Positions 10,862-22,615 of a stretch of 64,000 nt of DNA are shown one piece after another. The notes beneath the pieces are model-generated. The model was not told the DNA's origin and ran no database searches. It worked only from the letters and a program-made list of their open reading frames with translations. The translations under genes were made by a program, and so were the position numbers. The number at the start of each line of letters is the position of its first letter. The stretch's first letter is position 1. Where the stretch lies: NCBI GenBank assembly GCA_963848295.1, contig CAWKDB010000002.1, positions 832,001 through 896,000 on the forward strand. Reading direction: 5' to 3'. Source of the DNA: an uncultured delta proteobacterium (GTDB lineage Bacteria; Myxococcota_A; Polyangia; Haliangiales; Haliangiaceae).

Positions 10862-12648
10862 TGACCACGATCCTGATCATCCTGCTCATCCTGTGCTTCA
10901 TCAGCGGCGCGCCGCTGTTCGCGATCATGCTCGGCGCGCTCGGCCTGGGCTCGGCGGTGTCGGGGCGCGGGTTCGACGTCGGGTTCAACGGTGGCGTCAG
11001 CGATCTGATCTCGATGGGCCTGGGCAACCAGGGCGAGACCCTCGCGACGATCCCGATGTTCATCTACGCCGGGTACCTGCTCGCCGAGGCCAAGACCGCC
11101 GATCGCCTGGTGCGGTTCGCGAACGCCGCGCTCGGCTGGCTGCCCGGCGGGCTCGCGATCGTGACGATCATGACGTGCGCGCTGTTCACCGTGTTCACCG
11201 GTGCGTCGGGCGTGACGATCATCGCGCTCGGCGGCGTACTCATGCCGGCGCTGGTCAAGCACGGCTACCCCGAGCGGTTCTCGATGGGCCTGATCGCGGG
11301 CACCGGCTCGGTCGGCCTGCTGTTCCCGCCCGCGCTACCGCTGTTCATCTACGGCGCGGTCTACGGCCTGCAGCAGCTCGACAAGGACTGGGACACCCAG
11401 CGGTTCCTGTTCGCCGGGATCGTGCCCGGGCTCGTGCTGATCGGCATGCTGTCGGCGGTCGCGATGGCCGTCGCGATCATCAAGAAGCTCCCGACGCAGA
11501 AGTTCGACCTCGGCGAGCTCGGTCACAGCTTCGTCAAGGCGCTGCCCGAGCTGTTCATCCCGTTCGGGGTGTTGCTCGGCATGAAGAGCGGCATCCTGCC
11601 GGCCGAGATGGCGGCGATGACCGTGATCTACGTCGTCGTGCTCGAGATCGGGATCTACCGGATGCTCAAGCCGAAGATGCTGTGGACGACCTCGCGCGAG
11701 GCGATGGCGATGGTCGGCGCGATCTTCATCATCATGTTCTGCGCGACCGCGTTCACGAACTACCTCGTGACCCAGGGCGTGCCGCAGAAGCTCGTCGCGT
11801 GGACGCAAGCGCACGTCGGCTCGCGCCTGGTGTTCTTGCTCGCGCTGAACGTGATCCTGCTGATCGTCGGCACGGTGATGGACATCTTCTCGGCGATCGT
11901 GATCGTGCTGCCGCTGATCGCGCGCACCGCACAGGCGTACGGCATCGACCCGTACCACCTCGGCGTGATCTTCCTGCTCAACCTCGAGGTCGGTTATCTC
12001 CACCCGCCGGTCGGGCTCAACCTGTTCATCACGAGCGTGAAGTTCCAGCGACCGATCACCGAGGTGATGTGGGCGACGATCCCGTTCCTGATCACGATGA
12101 TCGTCGCGCTTCTGACGATCACCTATATCCCGCAGCTCACGGTGGTCCCGGCCGCCGAGGTGCGCGGGCTCGCCGACACCGCTGCCGTGCCGGAGGTCGC
12201 GCTCGTGGCCTTCGATGGCACACCGCTCAAGGACAACGCCGGCAAGCCGCTGGTCGTGAAGAAGACCGACTGCGACACGCTCCAATCCGACAAGAAGGAC
12301 GCGTGCGCGAACGTGTTCTTCTACGCCGCGCAGTGCAAGACCGATCCGAAGCCGGACGTATGCTTGCATCGCAAGATCGCGAGCTATGCGAAGCGCAACA
12401 TGCAACTCGTGCTGCAGCCCGAGATCGCGCTGATCGACGACGACAAGAACCCGGTCAAGGACTCGAGCGGGGCGCCGAGCGTCAAGAAGTTCGCCGACTG
12501 CGGCAAGGAGGCCGACAAGGACGCGCAAGACGCCTGCCGCGGGCTGTTCTACGACGTCTCCGGTTGCAAGATCGATCCCGGCGATACCACGACCGAGAAG
12601 TGCATCTTCAATGTCGTCAGCAAGTACGCGCGCGATAATCCCCCTTGA
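10861..12648 (+). CDS. dctM: TRAP transporter large permease with C-terminal Cys-rich tandem repeat extension
   Basis: LATIPMFIYAG, FTGASGVTIIALG, GLLFPPALP, GIDPYHLGVIFLLNLEVGYLHPPVGLNLF; about 160 aa hydrophilic tail. Confidence 0.92.
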   Translation: MTTILIILLILCFISGAPLFAIMLGALGLGSAVSGRGFDVGFNGGVSDLISMGLGNQGETLATIPMFIYAGYLLAEAKTADRLVRFANAALGWLPGGLAIVTIMTCALFTVFTGASGVTIIALGGVLMPALVKHGYPERFSMGLIAGTGSVGLLFPPALPLFIYGAVYGLQQLDKDWDTQRFLFAGIVPGLVLIGMLSAVAMAVAIIKKLPTQKFDLGELGHSFVKALPELFIPFGVLLGMKSGILPAEMAAMTVIYVVVLEIGIYRMLKPKMLWTTSREAMAMVGAIFIIMFCATAFTNYLVTQGVPQKLVAWTQAHVGSRLVFLLALNVILLIVGTVMDIFSAIVIVLPLIARTAQAYGIDPYHLGVIFLLNLEVGYLHPPVGLNLFITSVKFQRPITEVMWATIPFLITMIVALLTITYIPQLTVVPAAEVRGLADTAAVPEVALVAFDGTPLKDNAGKPLVVKKTDCDTLQSDKKDACANVFFYAAQCKTDPKPDVCLHRKIASYAKRNMQLVLQPEIALIDDDKNPVKDSSGAPSVKKFADCGKEADKDAQDACRGLFYDVSGCKIDPGDTTTEKCIFNVVSKYARDNPP

Positions 12649-13517
12649 TCGCTATCCTTCGCACGCTTCGCCCGCAGCAGTGGGTGAAGAACCTGTTCGT
12701 CGCGGCGGCGCTCGTGTTCTCGCGACACCTCACCGACGCGACGTATGCGTGGCGGACCGCGATCGCGTTCGCGGCGTTCTGCGCGTTGTCCGGAGCGGTC
12801 TATGCGTTCAACGACGTGCGCGACGTCGCCGCGGATCGCGCACATCCTCTCAAGTGCAAGCGGCCGATCGCCGCGGGTGCGCTGTCCGAGCGCGCGGCGC
12901 TCGCCACCGCGATCGTGCTCGCGATCTCGGCGCTCGGCGCGTGCATCTGGCTCGATTGGCGACTCGCCGTGTGCGCGGCGATCTACCTCGCGCAGAACAT
13001 CGCGTACAGCGTGCGGCTCAAGCACGTCGCGTTCGTCGACATCGCGCTCGTCGCGGCCGGCTACATCCTGCGCGTCCTCGGCGGCGCGTTCGCGATCGAC
13101 GTGCCGGCGTCGGAGTGGCTGCTCGCCTGCACCGCGCTGCTCGCGGTGTTCCTCGGCCTCGGCAAGCGTGCGCACGAGCTCGCCTGGGCCGAGCGCGCCG
13201 GCACGGGGACGTCGACCCGGGCCTCGCTCGCCGGTTATCGCCTGCCGGTCGTGCGCACCGCGATGTACGTGATCTCGCTCGCGACGGTCGCCGCCTATGT
13301 CGCCTACACGATCGATGCGCGCACCGTCAGGTTCTTCCACACCGATCGGCTGGTGTACTCGTCGCCGTTCGTGGCGCTCGGCATCGCGCGGTTCCTGTCG
13401 CTCGCGCTGTGGCGTCCCAAGGACGAGCCCCCGACCGACGCGATCATCCGGGATCCGTGGGCGCTCGGTGCCGCGGTAGCCGCCGCGATCTGCGTGCTGT
13501 ACGCGATCTATCGGTGA
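12645..13517 (+). CDS. UbiA-family prenyltransferase (decaprenyl-phosphate phosphoribosyltransferase-like)
   Basis: LRPQQWVKN, YAFNDVRDVAADRAHPLKCKRPIAAG, LGKRAHEL. Confidence 0.9.
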   Translation: MIAILRTLRPQQWVKNLFVAAALVFSRHLTDATYAWRTAIAFAAFCALSGAVYAFNDVRDVAADRAHPLKCKRPIAAGALSERAALATAIVLAISALGACIWLDWRLAVCAAIYLAQNIAYSVRLKHVAFVDIALVAAGYILRVLGGAFAIDVPASEWLLACTALLAVFLGLGKRAHELAWAERAGTGTSTRASLAGYRLPVVRTAMYVISLATVAAYVAYTIDARTVRFFHTDRLVYSSPFVALGIARFLSLALWRPKDEPPTDAIIRDPWALGAAVAAAICVLYAIYR

Positions 13518-13529
13518 TAAAACAGCCGC

Positions 13530-14612
13530 GTGTCGGATCCGAACGACTCCGCGATCTCGCGGCGCAAGGCCGACCATCTCGAGGTCGCCGCGTCGGGGCG
13601 CGCCGCGTTCGTACGGTCGACGCTGCTCGAAGAAGTTCACCTCGTGCACCAGGCGCTGCCCGAGCTCGCCCTCGACGACATCGACCTCGAGACCGAGCTC
13701 GTCGGCCGCAAGCTCGCCGCCCCGCTCGTGATCAGCGGGATGACCGGTGGCACGCCCGAGGCGGCGGCGATCAATCGCGACCTCGCGCGGGCGGCCCAAG
13801 CGGCGGGTGTCGCGCTCGGCGTCGGATCGCAGCGCGCGATGGCCGAGCATCCGGAGCTCGCCGCGACGTTCCACATTCGCGATGTCGCGCCGTCGGTCGT
13901 CTTGCTCGGCAACGTCGGTGCGGTGCAAGCCACGGCGTGGGGACCGACGCGCGTCGTCGAGCTCGCGAAGCGGATCGGCGCCGACGCGATCGCGGTTCAC
14001 CTCAACGTGGGGCAGGAGCTGATCCAGGATCGCGGCGATCGCGATTTTCGCGGCCTCGTCGCGGGCATCGCGAAGCTGGTCGCGGCCTCGCCGTTGCCGG
14101 TCGTCGTCAAGGAGACCGGCTGTGGCCTGTCGCCGCATGCCGCGCGCCAGTTGATCGGCGTCGGCGTCCACACCGTCGATGTCGCGGGCGCCGGCGGTAC
14201 GAGCTGGGTCGCGGTCGAAGCGGTGCGCGCCGAAGCGAACAGCGCCGCGGCCGCGCTCGGTGGCGAGCTCTGGGATTGGGGTGTGCCCACCGCGGTCGCG
14301 GTCGCCGCGTGCGCGAGCGCCGGGCTCGTCACGATCGCGTCGGGCGGTCTGCGCTCGGGCTACGACGTCGCACGCGCGCTCGCGCTCGGAGCGCGGGCCG
14401 GCGGGATGGCCGCGCCGGTGTTGCGCGCTCAGCGCGATGGAGGCGAGCCGGCGGTGAGCGAGCTGTTGACGCGCGCGATCGCCGCGATTCGCTCGGTGTG
14501 CTTGCTGACCGGATGCCGTACGCCGGCCGAGCTCGCCCGCGCGCCGCGCCATCTCGGTGCGAACCTCAGAGCGTTTCTGTCCGACCTCGAGATCAGCGAG
14601 GCGCGGCGATGA
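13530..14612 (+). CDS. fni: Type 2 isopentenyl-diphosphate delta-isomerase
   Basis: RKADHL, ISGMTGG, GVGSQR, HLNVGQELIQ, VKETGCG, GAGGTSW, ASGGLR. Confidence 0.95.
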   Translation: MSDPNDSAISRRKADHLEVAASGRAAFVRSTLLEEVHLVHQALPELALDDIDLETELVGRKLAAPLVISGMTGGTPEAAAINRDLARAAQAAGVALGVGSQRAMAEHPELAATFHIRDVAPSVVLLGNVGAVQATAWGPTRVVELAKRIGADAIAVHLNVGQELIQDRGDRDFRGLVAGIAKLVAASPLPVVVKETGCGLSPHAARQLIGVGVHTVDVAGAGGTSWVAVEAVRAEANSAAAALGGELWDWGVPTAVAVAACASAGLVTIASGGLRSGYDVARALALGARAGGMAAPVLRAQRDGGEPAVSELLTRAIAAIRSVCLLTGCRTPAELARAPRHLGANLRAFLSDLEISEARR

Positions 14613-15559
14613 CCGCGATCGGCTGGGGCAAGGTGATCCTGCTCGGCGAGCACGCGGTCGTCTATGGCTACCCCGCACTGACCGCGGCGCTCGATCGCGG
14701 CGTGCGGTTGTCCGCGGTGCCGACGCCGGCCGGCGGAACGCTGCGCTGTGATGTGCCGGAGTGGAACATCAAGGTCATCGCCCCACCGGCCGCGGGCGGT
14801 GACGAACCGACGCTGACCGCGCGCGGCGACTCCGACCACCCGTTCGCGCGCGGGCTCGCCGCGATCGCCGATTCGCTCGGCATCGGCCGGCCACCGCTGA
14901 CCCTCGTCGGCGAGGCGCAGATTCCGCCGGGGGCGGGGCTCGGTGCTTCGGCGGCGTTCGCGGTGGCGACCGCGCGCGAGCTGCTCGCCTGGGCGAAGCG
15001 CGCGCCCGATCCGACCGCCGTCGCGCACGCGGCGGCGGCGAGCGAAGAGGTGCTCCACGGCCGGGCGAGCGGGGTCGATGTCGCGATCGCGAGCGCGGGT
15101 GGCATCGGCGTGTTCCGCAAGGCCGGCGGCTTGCGCGCGCTGCCGAAGCTGTCGCTGCGCGTGCTCGTCGGGCCGAGCGGTGCCCCGAAATCGACGTCGC
15201 AGATGGTCGAGCGCGTCGCGCTGTCGACCGGCGGCAAAGCCGGCGACCCGCGGCTGCGCGAGCTCGCGAAGCTGACCGACTCCGGCACGTCGTTCCTGCT
15301 CGGGGGAGAGCTCGCCGAGCTCGGCGCGACGATGAACCGCGCGCACGAGGTGCTCGCCGACCTCGGCGTCTCGACGCCGCTGCTCGACGGCCTGTGTACC
15401 GCGGCGCGCGAAGCCGGCGCGTACGGCGCGAAGCTCACCGGCTCGGGCGGCGGCGGCTCGGTGATCGCGATCGCGCCGCGCGAGCGAGAGGCCGACGTGC
15501 TCGCGGCCTGGAAGGTCGCCGCGGTCACCGGCTTCGCGTCGGTGGTCGGGAGCCGCTGA
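14609..15559 (+). CDS. mvk: Mevalonate kinase
   Basis: GKVILLGEHAVVYG, IPPGAGLGASAA, HGRASGVD, GAKLTGSGGGG; ATGA overlap with fni. Confidence 0.93.
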   Translation: MTAIGWGKVILLGEHAVVYGYPALTAALDRGVRLSAVPTPAGGTLRCDVPEWNIKVIAPPAAGGDEPTLTARGDSDHPFARGLAAIADSLGIGRPPLTLVGEAQIPPGAGLGASAAFAVATARELLAWAKRAPDPTAVAHAAAASEEVLHGRASGVDVAIASAGGIGVFRKAGGLRALPKLSLRVLVGPSGAPKSTSQMVERVALSTGGKAGDPRLRELAKLTDSGTSFLLGGELAELGATMNRAHEVLADLGVSTPLLDGLCTAAREAGAYGAKLTGSGGGGSVIAIAPREREADVLAAWKVAAVTGFASVVGSR

Positions 15560-16530
15560 TGACGCTCGCACGCGCGTGCGCGAACATCGCGCTCGTCAAG
15601 TATTGGGGCAAGCGCGCCGGCGAGGGTGCGCTCAACCTGCCCGCGACCGGATCGCTGTCGCTGACGCTCGACGCGCTCGTCACCGAGACTCGGCTCGAGC
15701 TCGACAGAGCGCTCGCCGCCGACGCGGTCACGCTCGACGGAGCCCCCGCCGGCGACCGCGAGCGCGCGAAGGTCAGCGCGTTCCTCGACCTCGTGCGCGC
15801 AACATCGGCGCCGCGCGCGCGGGTCGATAGCGTCAATCGGTTTCCGACCGCCTCGGGGCTCGCGTCGTCGGCGTCGGGCTTCGCCGCCCTCGCGGTGGCG
15901 GCGACCGAGGCGTACGATGTGGCGATGTCGCCGCGCGCGTTGTCGCAGCTTGCGCGGATGGGCTCGGGCTCGGCCGCACGCTCGATCGCCGGCGGGTTCG
16001 TGCGCATGCACGCCGGCGCGACCGACGACGATGCGTACGCCGAGCCGATCGAGTCGCCGCTCGCGGCCGACGTCCGCATGGTGATCGCGATCGTCGGCGG
16101 CGGAGCCGCGAAGAGCCACGGCTCGCGCGACGCGATGGCCCACGTCGCCGCGACCTCGCCGCTCTACGATGCCTGGCTCGCGCTCGTGACGCGCGACCTC
16201 GCCGCGGCCGAAGCGGCGCTCGCCGCCGGTGATCTCGCGCGACTCGGCGAGGTCGCCGAGGCCAACGCGCTCGCGATGCACGCCTCGGCGTTCGCGGCAC
16301 GGCCCGCGATCATCTACTGGCAGCCCGCGACGGTCGCGTTGCTCGCGATCGTGCGCGAGCTGCGCGCCGCGGGTCACGCCGCCTGGGCGACGATCGATGC
16401 CGGCCCGCACGTCAAGGTGTTGACCACCGCGGCCGACGCGGCCCACGTCGCGACCGCCGTCGCGAGCATCGCCGGCGTCACCGAGGTCCTGACGAGCGGC
16501 GCCGGTCGCGGCGCGGAGGTCGTGCGATGA
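15559..16530 (+). CDS. mvaD: Diphosphomevalonate decarboxylase
   Basis: ANIALVKYWGK, FPTASGLASSASGFAAL, GSGSAARS, TIDAGPHVK. Confidence 0.95.
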   Translation: MTLARACANIALVKYWGKRAGEGALNLPATGSLSLTLDALVTETRLELDRALAADAVTLDGAPAGDRERAKVSAFLDLVRATSAPRARVDSVNRFPTASGLASSASGFAALAVAATEAYDVAMSPRALSQLARMGSGSAARSIAGGFVRMHAGATDDDAYAEPIESPLAADVRMVIAIVGGGAAKSHGSRDAMAHVAATSPLYDAWLALVTRDLAAAEAALAAGDLARLGEVAEANALAMHASAFAARPAIIYWQPATVALLAIVRELRAAGHAAWATIDAGPHVKVLTTAADAAHVATAVASIAGVTEVLTSGAGRGAEVVR

Positions 16531-17528
16531 CCGCATGGAGCGCGTCGGCGCCGGGCAAGCTGATCATCGCCGGCGAGTACGCCGTACTGGCCCACGCACC
16601 GGCGCTCGTGATCGCGGTCGATCGCCGAGTCACCGCGACGCGCCGGCTCGGACCGAGCGGGTCGTCGCCGTTTCTGGTCGCGGTCGCCGCCGAGCTCGCT
16701 CGCCGCCGGGGCGACGCCGATCCGGCCGCGCGCGCCGCCCTCGAGATCGCGGTCGACAGTCGCGCGTGCTACGAGGGCGGCACGAAGCTCGGGCTCGGCT
16801 CGAGCGCCGCGGTCACCGTCGCCGCCACCGCGCTCGCGCTCGCGAGCACCGGTGCCAACTTCGATCGCGACGAAGTGCTCGCGATCGCGCTCGCCGCGCA
16901 TGCATCGGCGCAGAGCGCGCGCGGCAGCGCCGGATCGGGTGCCGATATCGCCGCGGCGGTCTACGGCGGCGTGATCGAGTTCAAGCGCCGCCGGCTCGCG
17001 ACGCCGGGCGGTGGGCTCGGCCCCGACGCGGGCGCCGACGTGCTGCATCGGCGCTGGCCGAACGACGTCACGCTGCTGCCGTTCTTCACCGGGCGGGCCG
17101 CCGACACCGCGACGCTCGTCGCGCAAGTCGCCGCCGCACGCGCCGCGAAGCCGGTCGACGTCGATGCCGCGATCCGCGCGATCGGCGATGCCTCGGTCGC
17201 CGCATGTGCGGTCGTCGCCGCGCAGGAGAGCTCCGGCACCGCCCTGATCGCGGCCCTGTCCCTCGCCGGCCGCGCGCTCGATCGCCTCGCGACCGTGACC
17301 GGAGTCGCGTTGGTGCCGGAGTGCGTCACGGCGGCGCGCGCGGTGCTCGCCCGATTCGGCGGCACCGCGAAGACCACCGGCGCGGGCGGCGGCGATGTCG
17401 CGATCGGCGTAATTCCAGCGAAAGCGGACGCAACCGCCGCACTGCGCCTGATCATCGAATGCGGGTGCAAGCCGCTGTCCCTCGCGGTCGACCCCGTCGG
17501 CGTGGACTTGCGTCCCGTCGCACAGTAG
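16527..17528 (+). CDS. Phosphomevalonate kinase (GHMP family)
   Basis: APGKLIIAGEYAVL, KLGLGSSAA, GSGADIAAAVYGG, KTTGAGGGD. Confidence 0.88.
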   Translation: MTAWSASAPGKLIIAGEYAVLAHAPALVIAVDRRVTATRRLGPSGSSPFLVAVAAELARRRGDADPAARAALEIAVDSRACYEGGTKLGLGSSAAVTVAATALALASTGANFDRDEVLAIALAAHASAQSARGSAGSGADIAAAVYGGVIEFKRRRLATPGGGLGPDAGADVLHRRWPNDVTLLPFFTGRAADTATLVAQVAAARAAKPVDVDAAIRAIGDASVAACAVVAAQESSGTALIAALSLAGRALDRLATVTGVALVPECVTAARAVLARFGGTAKTTGAGGGDVAIGVIPAKADATAALRLIIECGCKPLSLAVDPVGVDLRPVAQ

Positions 17529-17541
17529 AACCCCAAGCGTC

Positions 17542-18834
<1,293 letters not shown>

Positions 18835-18844
18835 GAGGACCGCC

Positions 18845-19816
18845 ATGATCAACCGCCTCGGAGTCGTCCGCTCGCCCGCCCTCGCCGTCCCGCTGCCGCC
18901 GACGCTCGAGCTCGGCGCCTGCTACCGCTACTGCGAAGCGCTGTGCCGGTCGCGTCATCACAACTATCCGGTAGCGTCGATGTTCGCGCGCTCCGCGCTG
19001 CGCCAGCACATCTTCGCGCTGTTCGCGTTCGCGCGCGTCGCGGATGATATCGCGGACGAGCACACGTTCGAGGGCCGGCGCGCGCGCGAGCTCGATCGCT
19101 GGGAAGAACAGCTGCACGCGGCGTATCGCGGCAACGCCGAGCACCCGGTGTTCGTCGCGCTCGCCGACACGGTCGACAAGTTCGCGCTGCCGATCACCGA
19201 GTTCACCGACCTGCTGTCCGGGTTCCGGACAGACCTCGAGCGCCGCCGCTACGCGACGTTCGACGAGCTCCGCAGCTACACCCGTCAAGCCGCCGAGCCG
19301 GTCGGCCGCATGCTGCTCTACATCGGCGGCTATCGCGCGCCGGAGCTCCACGCGTACGCCGATGATCTGTCGAGCGCGCTCGCCGTCGCCCGCCTCGTCC
19401 AGGACGTCCCGGCCGATTGGGCGCGCGGTCGCGTCTACCTGCCGGCCGAGGATCTGCGCCACTTCGGCGTCACCGAAGCCGACATCTCGGCGCGCCGCGT
19501 GTCGTCGGCGGTCGGCAATCTCGTCCGCTACGAGGTCGCGCGCACCCGCGCGCTGTTCGAGCGCGCTCGCCCGCTCGTCGATGTCGTCGGCGCCGATCTC
19601 GCGGTCGAGCTCGCGCTGATGTGGCACGGCGGGATGCGCATGCTCGACAAGATCGAGCGCGTCGGCGGCAAGCTGTTCGCCGAGCGCCCGCGGCTGACCA
19701 CCGCCGACAAGGCGATCGTGCTCGCGCGCGCGCTCGCGTGGCGCGGCGAGACGCTGCCGCCGCGCACGCTGCACCTCTTGCAGCGGCTGACCGAGTCGCC
19801 GAGCGGGCGAGCATAA
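18845..19816 (+). CDS. Squalene/phytoene synthase family protein (HpnC-like)
   Basis: HHNYPVAS, FARVADDIADE, YATFDELRSY...AEPVGR, QDVPADWARGRVYLPAED; AAGAGGA RBS. Confidence 0.85.
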   Translation: MINRLGVVRSPALAVPLPPTLELGACYRYCEALCRSRHHNYPVASMFARSALRQHIFALFAFARVADDIADEHTFEGRRARELDRWEEQLHAAYRGNAEHPVFVALADTVDKFALPITEFTDLLSGFRTDLERRRYATFDELRSYTRQAAEPVGRMLLYIGGYRAPELHAYADDLSSALAVARLVQDVPADWARGRVYLPAEDLRHFGVTEADISARRVSSAVGNLVRYEVARTRALFERARPLVDVVGADLAVELALMWHGGMRMLDKIERVGGKLFAERPRLTTADKAIVLARALAWRGETLPPRTLHLLQRLTESPSGRA

Positions 19817-20083
19817 GCACGCTCGGCGTGAACGCGAGGCGCTTCGCGCGGCTGCCTGCGAGGGCGCCCCGGACCCGCGCGGGCGACGGCGCTGACCGTG
19901 GCGGTTCCCGGCGCCTCCGCGGAGCGACGCCGCTGCGCGGCGATCGCGCTGCGCGCGAGTTGGAGTGTCGACCTCGAGGCCGAGCGTCTCATCGCGCGCC
20001 TGCCCTTGCTCTCCGGGGCATCCCTCGCGGCGACGCCGCGCTCAGCGACGAGATCGCGTCCTCGCTCCACACTCGACTGTCCT

Positions 20084-21148
20084 GATCTGGGACAGCCGAT
20101 CGCGGCATACTCGGCGACCGATGGGTCGCTCGATCAGTTCACGTTCTACGCGTACGACGACGCCGGGCGGGTGATCGAGGAGTACATCACCGACGACACC
20201 GGCCGCGTCGCCGACAACAAGTTCAGCTACACCAACAACCATCTCCACGAGGTGACCACGCCGTCGGCCGCGGTGATCGGCTACACCTACGGCTCGAGCG
20301 GAAGCCCGTCCGATGATGACCTCGTCACCTCGATCTACCGCGGAACCACCTCGACCCCGATCGTGCAAAGCATCGCGTGGAACGCGTTCGGACCCTTGCA
20401 GTCGTTTGCCTGGCTCGCCACGATCAGCGGCACCGCCCTCACCAATACGATCGTGCGTGACAAGAACTACGACATCACGGAGGTCAAAGGGGCGATCGCT
20501 GCAGGCACCCCCGGCACCGACGTCGTCACGCCGCGCGACGCCCTGCGGCGCGTGACCTCACGCACGTATTCGCCGGCGCTCACCGGGCTTACCAACTCGT
20601 TCTTTCTTTACGACGAGCAGAGCCGGGTGACGTGCGAAACTACAACCTCGGTGTCGACCTGCCCCACCAGCGGCTCGGGCCTCAAGAACAACCACAGCCT
20701 CTCGCCCCCGTTCATGAGCGCGGGCGACTGGAAGCTGCTGCTGCGCCCGGTGCCCGGCAGCACCGGCGGCCTCACGAACGACTTCAACTCGTCCGGCACC
20801 GGCTACGGCAGCACGCACCAGGTCACCGACGTCAATCAATCCGATGGCACGCCCGCCCTCGGTCACACCGCGATGGCGTACGACGTTCGCGGCGAGCGCG
20901 AATACGACGACAACACCACGACGCTCACCAACGATCGCCGCGACTACACGTACGATGCGCGCCACAACGTCGTCAACGTCCGCGGCCAGTACTACACGGG
21001 TAGCGCCTGGCACTACTACGACGTCGCCAGCGCCTTCGACGCGACCAACCGGCGCGTCTTCAAGTCGTTCTACGACGAGACCACGACGACGACCGCGCAG
21101 TGGTTCTTCTACTACGATCCGATGAACCGCCTGGTGGAGGTGAACTAA
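20084..21148 (+). pseudogene. Rhs/YD-repeat protein internal fragment, truncated at both ends
   Basis: YAYDDAGRV, RDALRRV, YDEQSRV, YDVRGER, YTYDARHNV, FDATNRRVFK, YYDPMNRLVEV; no credible start or Rhs core terminus; ends at the IS target TA. Confidence 0.8.
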
Positions 21149-22324
21149 ACAGAATCGCACGGCTTGTGGATCACAGGAACCTGGCCACGTGATTCGCGAT
21201 CAGCTTCGGGTCCTCCTGAAACATCGCGAAGGTTGCGCAGAGGGCCGTGTCGCGCTCTTCGACGGTCTTGTAAAAGCGATTGTGGGTGGTTCGTTTCTTG
21301 GTCACTTTCCAGACACCTTCAATCGCATTGAACTCGGGCGAATAGGGCGGCAGTCGGAACAGCTCGATGCGATGGCGGTTCTCCTTTAGCCACAGCTTTC
21401 CGTCTTCCTTGAGATTGTGGCAGGGACCGTTGTCGATGATCAGGAAGATCTTGCGCCGGGTTCGAGCAACGACCTGCTTGAGGAAGTCGAAGAACGTGAG
21501 TCCGTTGAAGACGGGCGCAAACTTGTAGTGGAACCGTGGTCGTTGCTCGAGCGTAACGACGCCGAAGACGTGCGCCGTCTTGCGCATGCCGAACGTGTCT
21601 ACGCGGGGCTGGCAGCCAACTCGGGACCACGTTTGGTGGAGCGTCCCGTCGAGCCAGAAGCTGGCCTCGTCGCCGAAGGCAACGACGCCGCGGCACTGGC
21701 GCGCTTTTTTTTAATCTTCGGCAAGGTCTCTCGCAGCCACGTGGCCTGCCGCGCAAGATCGGCTCGGGCCAGCCGTTTACGCGGCCGCTGGACCGAGAAC
21801 TTGAGTTGGTGCAGGAGCCTCGGCACGTGATGATTGTGATAGCGAACGCCGAACCGCTCCTCGATCAGGTCGCCGATCATCGGACCGGTCCAGACACCGG
21901 ACTGATAGCCTGCCTGCATCGGGCCCAGTTCAATGATGATCCCCAGAGCCTCGCGTTGCTCGTCGGTGAGCTTCGGCGCAGGGCCTTCGGCAATCGAAGT
22001 CCGAAGCCCCTCAACGTGATCGACGTCGTACCACTGGAGCCAGCGATTGACGGAGCCGCGTGTGATGCCGAAGTCGACCGCGATGTGCGTGACTTTTCGT
22101 CCATCGATGTATGCACGAACAGCACGGCCCCGACGCCATTCGCCGAGGTCGTTCTTGAGTTGCGCTTCGACGATAAAATCGTCGAGCTGTTTGAGCTGCG
22201 TGCCACGGCGACGCGAGCGACGAATTGCCTTGCCTGGTTGAGATCGAGCCACGATCGCCGCACGATGATCCTCTCGGGATCCTTCGTCAATAGGCGAGGA
22301 TCTCAGCCTGTGCGATCCTGTTTA
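21146..22324 (-). mobile_element. IS630-family insertion sequence
   Basis: TA at both ends (21146-47, 22323-24); terminal inverted repeats TAAACAGAATCGCACGGCT and TAAACAGGATCGCACAGGCT (reverse complement); lower GC than the flanks. Confidence 0.92.
21171..22252 (-). CDS. IS630 transposase in two frames joined by a -1 shift at A8G (plus-strand T8, 21705-21712)
   Basis: ORF A: HTH plus WTGPMIGDLIEERFGVRY winged HTH, ending IKKK; -1 frame gives VAFGDEASF...IIDNGPCH...LPPYSPEFNAIEGVW (DDE). Confidence 0.9.
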
Positions 22325-22615
22325 GAAGGCGTCCGGCTACGACGAATCTTGGGTTTTGAACCCAACAAGTGGGTACTATGTCAATTCATTCACACAGGAC
22401 TACGCTGCCAGACCCTACGTGTTGGATACTACGATAAGCCAGCTGAGTGGCTCACCGCCAGAACCGCCTTCGCTAGTCACGCCGCCAGAACCCTCGCATG
22501 GTAGGGTGATTCGGCGCAGTGATAAATAGTTGACCGTTCTGCAAGCGTAACCGTCCGGGCGAGGACGCATACCGGAGCGCTCGCGCGTACCTACAAACCA
22601 TTCCGCGTCGCTGAC

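Noticed and set aside
19817..20085. Possible small gene or N-terminus of the Rhs ORF (track start 19898)
   Set aside because: Composition differs from the YD-repeat part and no frame is convincing throughout; at most a degraded remnant.
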